Below, piece by piece: positions 12,303 through 25,299 of a stretch of DNA of 64,000 nucleotides (positions within the stretch are counted from its first letter, which is position 1; every line of letters begins with the position of its first letter). Under the pieces are notes generated by a model. That model did no database searches. It had not been told where the DNA came from and saw nothing but the letters and a program-made list of their open reading frames with translations. Origin of the DNA: Eledone cirrhosa (taxonomy: Eukaryota); the NCBI GenBank assembly GCA_964016885.1, contig OZ024743.1, forward strand, positions 23,498,001 through 23,562,000, given 5' to 3'. The position numbers and the translations under genes were made by a program.

Positions 12303-13023
12303 CGACATGAAATTTGTTTTATGTATTGCTTTTGATGTATTTTGAATGAATATGACCTTCAAAATGCTCAGAATTGTTTGTTTTTTTTTTAGTTAACTGA
12401 ATGAGGAGGGGGCATACTAGCATAAGACGTATGTAATTGTAAAAATCTACCTAAAGCTTTAAAACTTGTATGATGTTAAATTATTTCCAAGATTTTTAAG
12501 ACACATTTCATTTGCTGTGTATGTTAAAAACAAACCTGTTGCATTCAGGAGATGGAATTATTGTTGTGTGCGAAAAGAAATGTAAGAAGCAACTTGTTAC
12601 CAGCATTTGAGTAACCAGAAGTAAACAAAAATTAAAGAAACATTTTGAAACTTTATATTACGGGTGAAATGGTAAAGAAAATCATTACCTAATGGAGTTG
12701 TGAAACAAAAGTTATACTCCAGATGACTCTAAAAACATTTTAAATATCAAAATATCCAAAATCCATAAATATATATATTCAAAAATATGCAATATACAAG
12801 CTGGAATAATATCAAGTTCAGCTTTCGTATTTAGGATTATGCCAAAACTGTGTTTAAGCAAGAGTTCCACACATTTTACCTAACCAACAGGCAACTAGTA
12901 AATACACTCAGATGTTAACCCACCCTATCTATTGTTTTAAACATGGAAAAGAAAGTATGATTAAAAATGAATATAAAATGAGAATTTAAACAGAAATATG
13001 AATTCAATGAAGAATGTACTTAC

Positions 13024-13229
13024 ATGAATAGCACTATTGTGATCAAATTTGACAGTTTTTATTTTTGATCCATTACAGATAGTCTGATTATTTATGATGA
13101 TATATATTTTATGGACGTTGTAAAAGCTGAGAAATGTATAGTCATATACATAAGAATCAGTTGATTTTGCATAATACTTTTCATAAGGTGAGTGGGTTGT
13201 CTCATTTACTAATAACTTGGTGAAATTGA
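13024..13229 (-). CDS. Host gene coding exon (phase 1 to 0): (V)NFTKLLVNETTHSPYEKYY...NNQTICNGSKIKTVKFDHNSAIH
   Basis: Acceptor atcttctttttttgcag, donor CAT|gtaagt, 206 nt open (inside ORF 12961-13311). Sequons NFT, NET, NQT and NGS. Confidence 0.8.
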
Positions 13230-14123
13230 CTGCAAAAAAAGAAGATATGTTTGGTTCATAACTAATACATTTGATTTGTAACCTCCACATACTGACAAAC
13301 AAACACCACACCTTCAGTCAGCCAACCATTCGAACACACACACATACACTTACACAATTTATGCCATTCAAAGGATCCTTAAAGCTGATAAGGCCAAGTG
13401 GGTAAGACATTAGTCTCCTAGTTCATTAATAGCAAGTCAATTTCATTTACTTATCCTTGTCAGATATAAAGAAATGGAATAAATAATCACTGATATTCAT
13501 TACTCAAAGATGTCTTATCTATGAAACACAAATGGTCAAGACAATGTTAACATCTTTAATGTAGTGAATTAACATATCTGAATTATGTTAATGTAGTTAA
13601 ACATATTTGAATTGTGCCAGTGTTAAGATGTCCTATATGTGTAGTTGGTGTTGCATAATTCCAGGTCAGTCTACTGAATTATCGAATGTGTCCTTCCCAA
13701 TTTTCATTTTAAGATGATAGAGCTTGATTTCAGGAAAATTTGGCTATTATTTCTACTATTTCATGTACTATCACTAAATAGGTTTAATAGCACCAAAACT
13801 TGACCAGAGTTGCCAAATAACATACCAAAGATCAGTTTCACCCCTCAGTGCATGCCTACATTCAATGTCAATTTATCTAAATGTTATAGTTATCTCCCCT
13901 ACTTTTCTTGACCAGAGTTCATTTACAATCTTAAGCTAAGGATTACCTTCTCACTATAAGTGGCTCATCACATTGTGTATGTTATCACTGACTTATGATA
14001 ACATATGTTTGATATGATGACAGATCACAGTTCTGATATAATGACACTAGGTCTCTAGGTTGACAGAGTTCTTGCATGTACAGCCAATCCTATTATATAG
14101 ACAAAGCTTGAATCAAGAAAAAA

Positions 14124-14246
14124 AGAAGGAGGAGGAGAAGAAGAAGAAGAAGAAGAAGAAGAAGAAGAAGAAGAAGAAGAAGAAGAAGAAGAAGAAGAAG
14201 AAGAAGAAGAAGAAGAAGAAGAAGAAGAAGAAGAAGAAGAAGAAGA
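14124..14246. repeat. (GAA)n trinucleotide repeat
   Basis: Long pure GAA run. Confidence 0.97.
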
Positions 14247-14677
14247 AACACCAGCATTTTAACTAACCTTTTAAGAAGTCATTTATAAATTCAATAGGAT
14301 TGCATATCAGATTTGGTTGGTGTTCTGTGTACAACCAATTGCAAGAGCCAAAATATAGAGTTGCAAATGAGTTAGGCTGTAATGGGCAATTTTCTGAAAT
14401 ATATAGCAAATACGTTTAAAGTACATTACAGCTTTTTATCAAATCCATATTCAAATAAATATTATTCTTCAGTCAAAGCTAAACACATTTCTCTACATAT
14501 CTTCATTGTATATTGTAATGTCAGCATAGGTGTATGGTTCTTTCCTTAGAGAGCATCTCACTAGGTGCTGTATAGTTTGTGGCTATGTACCACAGTCACA
14601 CATGGGGCATTGTTGGTAGAGATATATTCTAATTTGTTGAGTGTCAGCTTAGCTCAGTCACCTTCACAGTCAATTAA

Positions 14678-14915
14678 CCCTTGTGATACCTGTCTGATTG
14701 AAACCACCCCTGGTTCTATAATACAAAATTGTTTATTTTAAAGTGTTTTTATTTATCTAAAAACCTTCCATCATAATTTGATCTAAGAACCATTGTTAAG
14801 TTATGTTCTAAATACCAACTTAATATTACTAGATCTCTCCATATTCTTGGTTATTTTCAAAATAATTTGAAAACCATTGGTAGTGATTTTCATTAGAAAT
14901 ATGGTAACAAAGGGG
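14678..14915. mobile_element. piggyBac-type MITE (second family)
   Basis: TTAA-cccttgtgatacc ... ggtaacaaagggg-TTAA imperfect TIRs. Confidence 0.7.
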
Positions 14916-14934
14916 TTAAGACATTTCCACTTTT

Positions 14935-15570
14935 CCCAGCTTCAATTACATCTGAATGGAGTTCCACTGAAGCAGGTAAAGAAGTATCTTCAGCCCATGT
15001 TCACAAGTGATGGAAGGCAGGAGGCTGAATTAAGTCCAAGAATTGCTGGAGCTGGTGCAGTAATGTGCCAACTTCAACATTCAGTAATCAGAAGAAAGGA
15101 GATAGACGTAGAAGCCAAACTCACTACCTTCAATTTGGTATCTGTGCCTTCCCTTACCTATCATCATGAATCTTGGGTAATGACCGAAAAATTATGATCA
15201 CAAATACAAGTGGCTGAAATGGTGTTCCTCCAAAGGGTCTTTGGAGTAACGTTACTTGATAGAGTGCATAACTCAGAGATCAGAGAGTCACTCCAAGTAG
15301 AGCTGCTACTTCTCTGAATTGAGGGATCACATCTTACAGGTAGGTGGTTAGAATGTCTTAGGAAAGACTCACTGGACAGATTTTATGGGCAAAACCAACC
15401 AGCAGGAGACCCAGGGGTAGACCCCCAAGCAAGATGGTTGGATAACATTCATGAGCTTTGCTGGTCTCACTTGAAGATCCGGCCTGATCTGTTGGAGACA
15501 ATTGCTTCTGACAAGACCTGCTGGAAGGAGTGTTTGAGGACTCTGCCCCAACAACTCTCTCAGGAATAAG
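14935..15570 (+). mobile_element. 5'-truncated RTE-clade LINE (second family)
   Basis: GVPLKQV..FTSDGRQEAEL..LTYHHESWVMT..RRPRGRP. Homologous to 18790-19470 and 58510-58940. Confidence 0.85.
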
Positions 15571-16269
15571 TGGGCGAAGAAGAAGACATGGTGGTTGCTG
15601 TTCACTTGCCACTAGTTCTCTTAGTGTTGAGGATCAAGGGCTGTTGTTTTTTTCCTTCTGTATTTCCACAAAATAGTTCTTGCTTCATTTGGTATGGTGT
15701 CAGCCTAAAGGGGAATAACACATTTAGAAAAGCTTTTCCTTGACATTAGGCAACTCTGAACCTGTGTTTGTTCAAACATAGAATGACATTAATTTCTTTC
15801 TTTACACTGATGTTTCTTATTACTGCTTGCTGATCTCCTAATGACTAACAAGACTATGGCTGTCAGAATATAGAGCATATTATATAATACCATGTTATAT
15901 ATTATATCATATTATAGCATTGTTACCTTTGTAAATTCTTAAGTGTCTGTTGTTGTTTTCATGTGTGAGTCAGAAAGGGAGGAGACAGCGCTTATATTCC
16001 TTGCAGAGGGGTCTCTCTTATACAAATGAGATTGGAGACACAAACCATGCATTTTGTGTGAGAGAATCGAAGATTAGATCAACTCTAGTACTTGATTCAT
16101 TAGTTATTTTATTCACTCTAGAAAGAATGAAATGAGAATTCTTCATTGGTGAAATTTGAACTCATATCAGGATGAAACTGTGACAATTGCAAGGTATATT
16201 TTGTTGGACACTCTACTGATTCTACCATGCTACTGCCCTACCTTAATAATAAAATGGTAGAATAATGGA

Positions 16270-16390
16270 TAAAATACCATTGTGGTATTTGTTCTGGCTC
16301 TTTACATTATGTGTTTAAGTCCTGCCAAAGTGAACTTTGCTTTTCATCTTTCTGGGGTTGATAAAATAAAATACCAGTAAAGTACTGGTG
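16270..16390 (+). mobile_element. Degenerate SINE family 1 copy
   Basis: aactttgcttttcatctttctggggttgataaaataaaataccagt. Confidence 0.6.
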
Positions 16391-16987
16391 TGAAATAATA
16401 TTCAACAACTTACTGACCTAAAGTGTTCAATGCTTGTATATTCAGTTGATTTAACTGTGCACCTTCCATAGCTGAAAATAAATATTCTATTGCTTTAAAC
16501 AGTTGAAAGAAGCTTTGTTTGTTGGTTTTTTTTTGGGGGGGGGGGGGGTCTAAAAATAACAAAATTAAGTAATTTACAAAATCAAAACAAAAAGAATATT
16601 ATATGAAGACAAGATGTCCCACTGATAAATGGAATATATATATATTTTTTTTTAGTTTGTTGGTTCTAGTTTATTTTATTATTGTTTAGCCCCAGTTCAA
16701 CCCTGATAGAATAGACATTCCAGCCTTTATATATATTTAGGTCTACATTGTTCAGAATATCCTTGGTTAGGTATTATTTGAAGTGAGATTTAACAGCTAT
16801 TTTTAGCAGTTCAAGCAAGCATGTAAAGGCTCTCTTATTGGCTCAGTAGATGCTCCCTTGTTGGCTCAGTAGAGACTCCCTTATAGAAACTACCTTATTG
16901 AATCAATAAAGCCTACCTCAACAAAAGGTTCTCTTGTTGACTTAGTAATGGCTCCTTTTAGTTAGTTCAGTAGATGCTCTCTCATTG

Positions 16988-17092
<105 letters not shown>

Positions 17093-17329
17093 ATTTATAT
17101 CTTGCTTCTCCTGTAAATTTCTGTGTATGTTTACTTTTATCTACATATGTGGTGTATTTGTGTATGCTCTAGTTATCTCCCACCAACATTCATATCTTTT
17201 TACTATATGCATGTGTATACACTCATTTACATGTCTATGCTTGTTGCTATGACTGTGTGTTCATTTCTATATCACTCATCACTATGTTGTTACTATTCTA
17301 TTCATGCTTTCTTTTGATGGTAGGTTTAT

Positions 17330-18720
17330 GTCTGTGCATTCCTGTGTATTTATTCCTATGTATTAACACTTTTGTTGCCTGGTCGTAAGGTGGTTGCTAT
17401 TCCATTCCTGCTTTCTATTGAAGCTGAGTTTTGTTTCTGTTCTACTAGTCTGTATGAGCATTGTGTTGGCCTTATGATTGGATATGATTTTACCTCAATG
17501 TTTTCCAGTGAGCTGCCATATTCTAATTTGGCATATTGATAAAACACTGAGAATTTTTACTTGTCTTTGTGTTATTGCCAGTGTTCCCTCATCCTTTCTC
17601 CTACACTATAAGTTGTTTTTCCTATATCCATAATGGTCCCTCTGTGCATCTTATGTTATATACCACATTTCTAGTTTTACAATTTATCTGTGGGCTTACC
17701 TTACAGACTACACAATTTCTGTTAATACAGGGAAGTTTTCTTAAATGGGTGAGTCTTGTTAATTAGGAATTTGATTGAGATGTCTGGTTTTTCTACTGCC
17801 TTAATTTTAAGTTCTAGTTTATCTAAATACCTTCTAAATTCATGAGCTAGTTCACACTGGTATGTTTTGTTGTCATATTATGAGTTGACATTATCTCCTT
17901 TCTCCCTTATCCTCTGTATTCCACTCTATTATTGCTCTTATACATGGAGCATACTCCATTTGCATTGTTTTTCATGATAGTTTTCAATTTTGCACTGGCT
18001 TCTTTGTATATTTTGATCCTCTCTATTTCATTGTATCTGGAGAAATGCATGCAGGGGATGAAGTGTTGTGTGTGTTTCTGTAGTTCTTTAGGATTGCTCA
18101 TGCAGGTCACATTCTTCATTACCCATACTTGGTCAGCTATTAGGATATTATTTTTTATGTTGTCTGAAACTGCTGAGCTATGATGGATCAGATATTTAGT
18201 GCAATGAGAATGAAGGGTTTGTTCATTACTGTTTTAGGTTTCCAGACAGAGTTCTCTGTCTAAAACAGGCTGTCTGTGGTTGGGATGTTTACTTAAGTAG
18301 TCTGTGGCTACCCTAATACACAGATAGGTGGAGTTGGCTATTTTCTGGATGTTTTCCATGGTTTTTATTTCTAATTCCAGGGTGTTATCCTATGGGGGTA
18401 CCTTAACTGCTATATTGATGTCATTTACATAGAAGGAGTACATAGTTACAGCTATGGAGTTCTCTGCTAAGCATTTCTTAAGTCAACCTGTCCTACCATA
18501 CCATAGAGAGATTGGCCATGTCATCAGTGATGCTGATTTCAATGGCTGTTCCCTCTTCCTGGGCATGTTTTGCTATTGAACTTGAATATATAGTCTTTCA
18601 GTGTTGTTCTTATACTGCCTCTAAATGCATGTTCAATCATTTTCTTCAGCTGGTCATGGTGGGATCCGAATGGCTCTGGTTCAAAGTTCAATCTTTCTAT
18701 GGAGTTCTTTTTTGCCATTG
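17330..18720 (-). mobile_element. Degenerate Penelope-like element, same family as 45093-47730
   Basis: Minus strand is homologous to the 45093-47730 element: SKHPNHRQPVLDRELCL, MKNVTCMSNPKEL, INCKTRNVVYNIRCTEG, YQYAKLEY. Confidence 0.85.
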
Positions 18721-18789
18721 AATTTACGATTGACGTGCACTACTGGGTTGCAACTTATGTATAAAAACCAGCAGGTGTAGGATCATTCA

Positions 18790-19470
18790 GCTAATATTTG
18801 CCAATGCCATGGTGCTACTTAACTCACCAAAAGTTGATCTCCAGCATGCATTTGATATGTTTACTGCTGAGAGCTGCACAGCAGGAAAGAAAATCTGCGC
18901 TACAAAGACTGAGACATTCATCCTATTGAGAAAGCCTGTGCAACACGCTCTGCATGTAAATGAAGATACACTAAAGCAGGTAGAGAAGTTCAAGTATTAC
19001 ATGACAGTTTTCATTAGTGATGGAAGTCAGAAGGCTGAATTATATGCAAGTATTACACCAGCTTCAAAAGATCGTCATCAGTAGAAGGGAGGAAGATGCA
19101 AAAGCCAATTTTGAAATCTTCAATTCATTGATTGTGCCTACCCTTACTTATGGTCATGAATCTTGTATAATGATCGAAAGAAAACGATTGTGAATACATA
19201 TGTAGGAGTAACATTCCTCGATAAGGTACATAGCTAGATCAGAGAGTTGTTCCAGGTAGAATCGCTACTTCTCCACATCAAGACATCACAGCTCCATTAC
19301 TATAGATATGTCATTTGAATGTGTTAGAAAAGAATCGCTGGATAGATTTTTCAGGTCAAGCCAACCAGCAGGAGACCCAGAGGTAGACCACAAGCAAAAT
19401 GTTGGGTAACACCTATGAATTCAATTAGTCTCACTTAGGGATCCAGATGGATCATTTAGAGATTGTTGCC
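18790..19470 (+). mobile_element. 5'-truncated RTE-clade LINE (second family)
   Basis: DLQHAFDMF..LKQVEKFKY..FISDG..LTYGHES..RRPRGRP. Confidence 0.8.
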
Positions 19471-19648
19471 ACCACGACAATTTATGTATCAGCTGTACTA
19501 GGGTGAGAAATAAAATTCTAATTTTATTTTTGATATTCGGCAAGGTCAGCTGGAACTCACTTGGTATGCAAATGAAGCTACTTAGCCGATGTATATTTAA
19601 GAAAATACTATATATTTTCAACCATTCAACAGATTGGTAGAGAGGTAT

Positions 19649-19691
19649 ACAGACCTGATGACAGGTAATGACCCAGAAACATGTTGTTTGT
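19649..19691 (+). ncRNA. Minimal type I hammerhead ribozyme motif
   Basis: acagac-CTGATGA-ca-ggt-aatg-acc-ca-GAAA-c-at-g-TT-gtttgt. Stem I is 6 bp with one G.U pair. Stem III is the palindrome ACATGT. Confidence 0.75.
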
Positions 19692-19824
19692 TCCTCAAAG
19701 CCAATGTTGACCAAACGGGTGGCGATTAGTCACCGGCATGGCACAGCTTCAAATCGGGCCATTTATTTACAAACAAATCAAACATTATTATTAATGTTCG
19801 ATATAACCCATATATATATATGCA

Positions 19825-19892
<68 letters not shown>

Positions 19893-19897
<5 letters not shown>

Positions 19898-20052
19898 GTA
19901 ATAATAAATGTGAAGACTAAAATCCAAAGCGGGCTCAATAAGGATAAATATATATCAAATATATAAGAACCGTAGAGCAAATATTTATTAAAATAACAGA
20001 TTAAAGTTTAAGCAAAGAATTGCTGCTTTCACTCTTAACAGGATCTTTCGAA
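19893..20052 (-). mobile_element. Solo terminal repeat of the Penelope-like element at 47962-50113, in (TA)n
   Basis: Near-identical to about 47962-48113 and flanked by TA repeats. Confidence 0.85.
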
Positions 20053-20477
20053 ATATATATATATATATATGAAACACAAATTATATTTTGAAAACAAAAC
20101 AATGCATTAGAAAGAACATTAAATCGCCAAGATAATAAAAGAATCTTACCTTAGCAAATTTACTGATCATAAAATTTGCTAAGGTAAGATTTAATGTTCT
20201 TTCTAGTGCATTGTTTGGTTTTCAAAATTTAATTTGTGTTTCTTATTCAACAATGCTTCAAGCAAACTACAAAACTCTGTTATATATATATATATGTGTG
20301 TATGTGTGTGTTTGTACGTTTGCATACTTACATTTATATATGAATATATATATATATATATATAAATATTCATATACACATCTATATATATGTGTTTACA
20401 TATTTACACACAGGCACACATGTGTGTGTGTGTGTGTGTGTGCGTGTGCTTGTGTGTATATATGTGTGTGTGTGCTC

Positions 20478-21371
20478 CAGGTTGAGTCAAAAGTGTTTTT
20501 CCTACTTTCACTGATGATTTTTAGCAACTAGTATCTCCATGTTATATCATTAATTTAATACAACTTGTTATTCAATCGTTGCTGAATTGTTGATTCCTTA
20601 TTCTCATATATAACATATAAATATTAATTATTTATTCTTTATTTTATAGCTTTGATGAAATATGGTGAAAAAATCGCAATTAAAACCATTTTCGCTACCT
20701 GTGGAGAAAAGAATTGAGTGCAAGGGCAATGGCAAAATAAATTAATGATGTGGAAGGCCCAGGAGCAGTCGATGAACGTGTGGCACAAAACTAGTTCATA
20801 CGTTTCAACGAAGATGAAACCAGTCTCGAAGACAAACCAAGGTTAGGGAGACAGTCTGTTATGGACGATGTAACTTCGCTTGAAATGTATAAACAACAGC
20901 CAGGCACAAGCACTCGTACATTGTTGACAGATCTTGGTCGTCCACGAAGCACTATCAATCAACACTTCCATAAGATCGACCTTGGGAACAGACGCTCTCG
21001 AGAAGTTTCCCATGAACTTACCAATGACCAGGCTCAATGTAACCAAGCGCAAACATGAGGAACTTGAGGGGCTGGTACTCCAAACATTGTACCAGCAGAT
21101 TACCACATTTTCAGAGCCATAGCTCATTTCCTGTGCTGGCGGAGATTTAACAATGTGGATGAGATTGAAAATGAATGCAAGGAGTTTTTTTGTTTTTTTT
21201 GCTTCTAAACCAGCCAAGTAGTATAAGCGTGGAATTGAGCTGGCATAGCGATTGTAACAGACAATAGAATATGATGGATATATTTTGATGAATAAACACT
21301 TTTCGTGTGTAATTTGTTTGAACTATTAATTAAAGCTTAAAATCCAAAAAAAATCTTTGAGTCAACTTAAT
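20478..21371 (+). mobile_element. Internally deleted mariner element
   Basis: Imperfect TIRs caggttgagtcaaaag / ctttgagtcaacttaa. N-terminal remnant FIRFNEDETSLEDKPRLGR...REVSHELT and a C-terminal remnant. The DDD core is missing. Confidence 0.8.
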
Positions 21372-21380
21372 ACGGATATA

Positions 21381-21637
21381 TGTAGCGAAACCTGTACACG
21401 CCTTGAACCATGGGTGACACCTAGAAGTCAAATTCTAGGTCACCATCCTTTTCGGCGTGGACAGGTTCATGCGTGGTCGATCTCTCGAGGCGAGAGACAG
21501 AAAGCGACAGGCATATAAAGCCTGTATCATCCCACGTTTAATTGACAGAGAGATCGGAACAGTACGCTATAGACAAGCTATGTAAAGATTCACTGCTACC
21601 TACAGGCTGCAGAGGTCTACAGACAACCACAGACCAT

Positions 21638-21706
<69 letters not shown>

Positions 21707-23463
21707 GGTCTCAGACTACACCAGCCTCATGAACCAACAACAAAATAACATCGTCAACCTTCGCGACTCGTGGTAACTTGTTTATTGTTCTTTTTGACTG
21801 AAGTAAACCTTTTTATATATAAAGTAAATCAACTATTCTTGTTATTTCATCTAACAACTACCACTAATACCCTTCGTTACATTGGTGACCCAGACGCGGG
21901 AACGAACAGGTTCCTTCTAAAAAAAAAAATACGAAGTGGTATTTTAAAAAAAGAAAAACAACACGCAACCTTTCTTCTGATCATGGCTTCCATTTCCAAC
22001 TTCAACAACTTTCTCAACAGCAGCTTTCACAGCAATCTCTAATTACCAAGCTTCTCATCTATATGGTACGATATGATAAAACTTCACTTGAAATTATTCA
22101 CTAAACTTCGATTCTACGGAATATTTACAGTGACTTCGCTTTGATGTTTCGATTCATTACCAAACACTTCACCACGTCCTTATTAATCTCCAACAACAAC
22201 AACAACAGCAACAACAGACAATACTACTAGCTTCCTAGCAAGAAAACGATATCATTAAGAAGAGAAAAACTGAACTTTTTTTACAAACAATTATTTTTTA
22301 TTTTTTTTTTTTACAAACAATGTTCGAACATTTATTTCTTTTAAACTGAATATATGAACATTCATTTTCTTTTTTTTTTATTATTGTATATATGTCTGCA
22401 TACGCACATTTTTTTAAAACTGTATTACATGCCTGCATACGCACACACATTTTTTTTTGTCACACACCAACATGTTGTTGTCTATGGTATGTTCTTGATT
22501 CGGTGAGGATTTTGCGAGATCACTTTTCAACTGGTCGAGGTATGGCAACAGCTATAAAACACATGAGAAACACCCACGGGGAGTACACACCTGGACTCAC
22601 TCAGGCACGCAACTCAAAATTGCACACACTCATGTCATAGCGTAAACCTCGACTAACTGGAAAAGCATCTTACGTATGATAATACATCGAGAGAAATAGT
22701 CCTCTGTATTGTCATATCGTAATCCGATACCGCAACCCCGAACGTTCAGCCATCCATACACAACAGTTCGAAATACATGATCACAACTTTGTATAATTAC
22801 AGTTTCTTCTATATGTTACACACACATGCATACACAGTTATACGATATTTGTTTTTCTCTCTCCAAATTTCTCTGCACTCGAAATACGGGCGCAGTACCC
22901 ACATTTTGTGTGTTTTGGGATACGCTTCTGGAATCAGATTTCGCTACCCCTTTTGTAATCGATCGCTGCTCCTGCATCGATCTGGGTAGGAAACTAATGT
23001 AGCGAATTTCTGTTCATGCCTTGAACCATGGGTGACACCTAGAAGTCAAATTCTATGTCACCATCCTTTTCGGCGTGGACAGGTTCATGCGTGGGCGATC
23101 CCTCGAGGCGAGAGACAAAAAGCGACAGGTATATAAAGCCTGTATCATCCCACGTCTAACACACAGAGAGATCGGAGCATTACACTATAGCTAAGCTCTG
23201 TAAAGATTCACCGCCACCTACAGGCTGCAGAGGTCTACAAACAACGACAGACCATTACTCTCTCTCTCTCTCTCTCTCCTGGTCTCAGACTACACCAGCC
23301 TCATGAACCAACAACAAAATAACATCGTCAACCTTCGCGACTCGTGGTAACTTGTTTATTGTTCTTTTTGACTGAAGTGAAGTAAACCTTTTTATATATA
23401 AAGTAAATCAACTATTCTTGTTATTTCATCTAACAACCACCACTACTAATACCCTTCGTTACA
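21381..23463 (+). mobile_element. Non-autonomous LTR retroelement (LTRs 21381-21881 and 22998-23463; tRNA-Trp-like PBS)
   Basis: Two similar TG...CA direct repeats, each with TATAAA and (CT)n. PBS tggtgacccagacg at 21883-21896. Purine-rich gggtaggaaa before the 3' LTR. The 1.1-kb interior has no gag or pol. Confidence 0.9.
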
Positions 23464-24059
23464 CACACACATATATATATATATATATATGCACGGGTAC
23501 ATGGAAATACTCAGCTTGGTGTCCAAGCTTGCGGTTAGCCCACCAGGATTGAGAGAGCTCAGGTCTTTGGTAGGACATCATTCTAGAAAAAAGAAAAAGA
23601 CTGATATAAAACCTACGACTATATGACTCCCAAAGACGTTATCTGTTCTTCTTTTGGGATACCTGCCACCGTTGTTCAGTGAAAGGAATTGGTTCAGTGC
23701 AAGGCCTGTCTTCACGTTAAAAAGCAAGCACAAATATTACTTGACCTAAACATCTTTCATGTGTTTTGCATTGGCGTGGCTGTCTGTAGCTGAAGGTATA
23801 TATATAGAGAGAGAACCTGCTTTCAAGCATTGTGTTTTAACGTTTGCTGTAGTATCTACAAGCATAAGGATGACGTCAATTACCGTATGGATAATCTAAT
23901 CAAAGCAAATTTCTTATGTAAATTGCTGTGTTTAGGTTACGTGTGTGTATGCGTGTGGGTATGTCCTTTTATGTCAAGTATTGTGAGCTGAGTTTCATTC
24001 TGTTGTTTATTTGTGGATTGAGCCTATGTATTAGTAGTGCTCCCTTTATTTTCAAGTTA

Positions 24060-24936
24060 CCCACATTGTCGTTCTATAGAGGATTAGTGGAGGGGATGAG
24101 CGACGACGTCCTTGGCGAGACTCTGGGCGTCGATGAAAATCAACTAGCCAACCTCTTCGGGAGAACTTTTGGGCCGCGGGGCCGATGGACAACTTCCAGA
24201 AATCCCTGGCCTGGCAGTGCTACCGAGGGGCTTTGCCAGTTCGGGATAAACTCTACAGGCATGGAAGTGCCGTCAGCCGGACCTGTCCTGCACGCACTCG
24301 TCCAGTGTCCGAGCATTGCTGACTTGCGGGTTTATGTCGAACACCTGCTGTCGCGTGTAGGACAGATCCGGCTATCAGCTGAGTCCATTGTGAGGATTGC
24401 CCCGCCCTCTTCCTTTAGCCGGGTAGGGCAGGCAGTTTTTATTTGTCTGGTGGCCATGGCGAAAGAGATAGTGTGGTGGACGCGTTTGAAAGGGCTGAAG
24501 ACGAGCACTTAACTCTTCCGTGATGTCCTGATTAACTTTTTCAAATTTCATTTGAAAAGGAAAATCAGGGTAGAGAGGGAAGTGCTCTCTTCCCAACATT
24601 TTGTTGAAAGATGGGTGAGAGATAGCCCGAGTGAATAGGCCTGCTCTGAGTATGCGCCTGTAAATTGAAGGTGGAAAACTGGGAGAGGCCACTTGCTCTG
24701 GTGGTCAGGGTCACTGTAGCTTTTTTAACGGGATTTCTCCACGAATGTCCCTCGGAAGTCTCCCCACTATTGGGGAATTTTTTCATTGTTTCTTTTTTTG
24801 TTACATCCTCTGTTTTTTTGTTTTTTTTACACGCAGAGATGTCCATTTGTACCGTCCTGTATTGTCCTGTATTGTCCTTAACGTTTTACTTTGTGTAAAC
24901 CCTTGTGGTTAATAAAGAAGGGATTATTATTATTAT
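24060..24936 (+). mobile_element. L1/Tx1-like LINE copy A, 5'-truncated
   Basis: Closely matches about 40375-41250, with an internal deletion in the zinc finger. Ends aataaagaa-(att)n. Confidence 0.92.
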
Positions 24937-24968
24937 AATTCTTATTTTCTTTCATTATTGTTTCTGAG

Positions 24969-25153
24969 GCGGTGGATTGGCAATATTGGTAGAGTGTCGG
25001 ATGCCATGCTTTGGCGCATAGAGCTACGGCCCTTGCCATTCTGAGTTCAAATCCCGCCGAGGTTAACTTTGCCTTTCATCCTTACGTGGTCGATAAAATA
25101 AAGTACCAGTAATACACTGGGTAATTGCTGGCCTTGTGCCTAACGTAGAAACA
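24969..25153 (+). mobile_element. SINE family 1, full length, with 15-bp TSD
   Basis: TSD attattgtttctgag at 24954-24968 and 25154-25168. B box gagttcaaatcc. Confidence 0.92.
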
Positions 25154-25299
25154 ATTATTGTTTCTGAGATATATGCCGAGTGTCTTCCTGACACCTAGGG
25201 TTAATAAATTCACAGTGTGCATTGGTAAGCCAGTTAATACAGCACATTGATTATAATTTTAAAAAATAACAGTATACATATATACACATGTGCATATGC

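Noticed and set aside
12730-12880. Minus-strand VKCVELLLKH.. segment as an ankyrin-like exon
   Set aside because: The acceptor is weak, there is no good donor before a stop, and the exon chain closes in phase without it.
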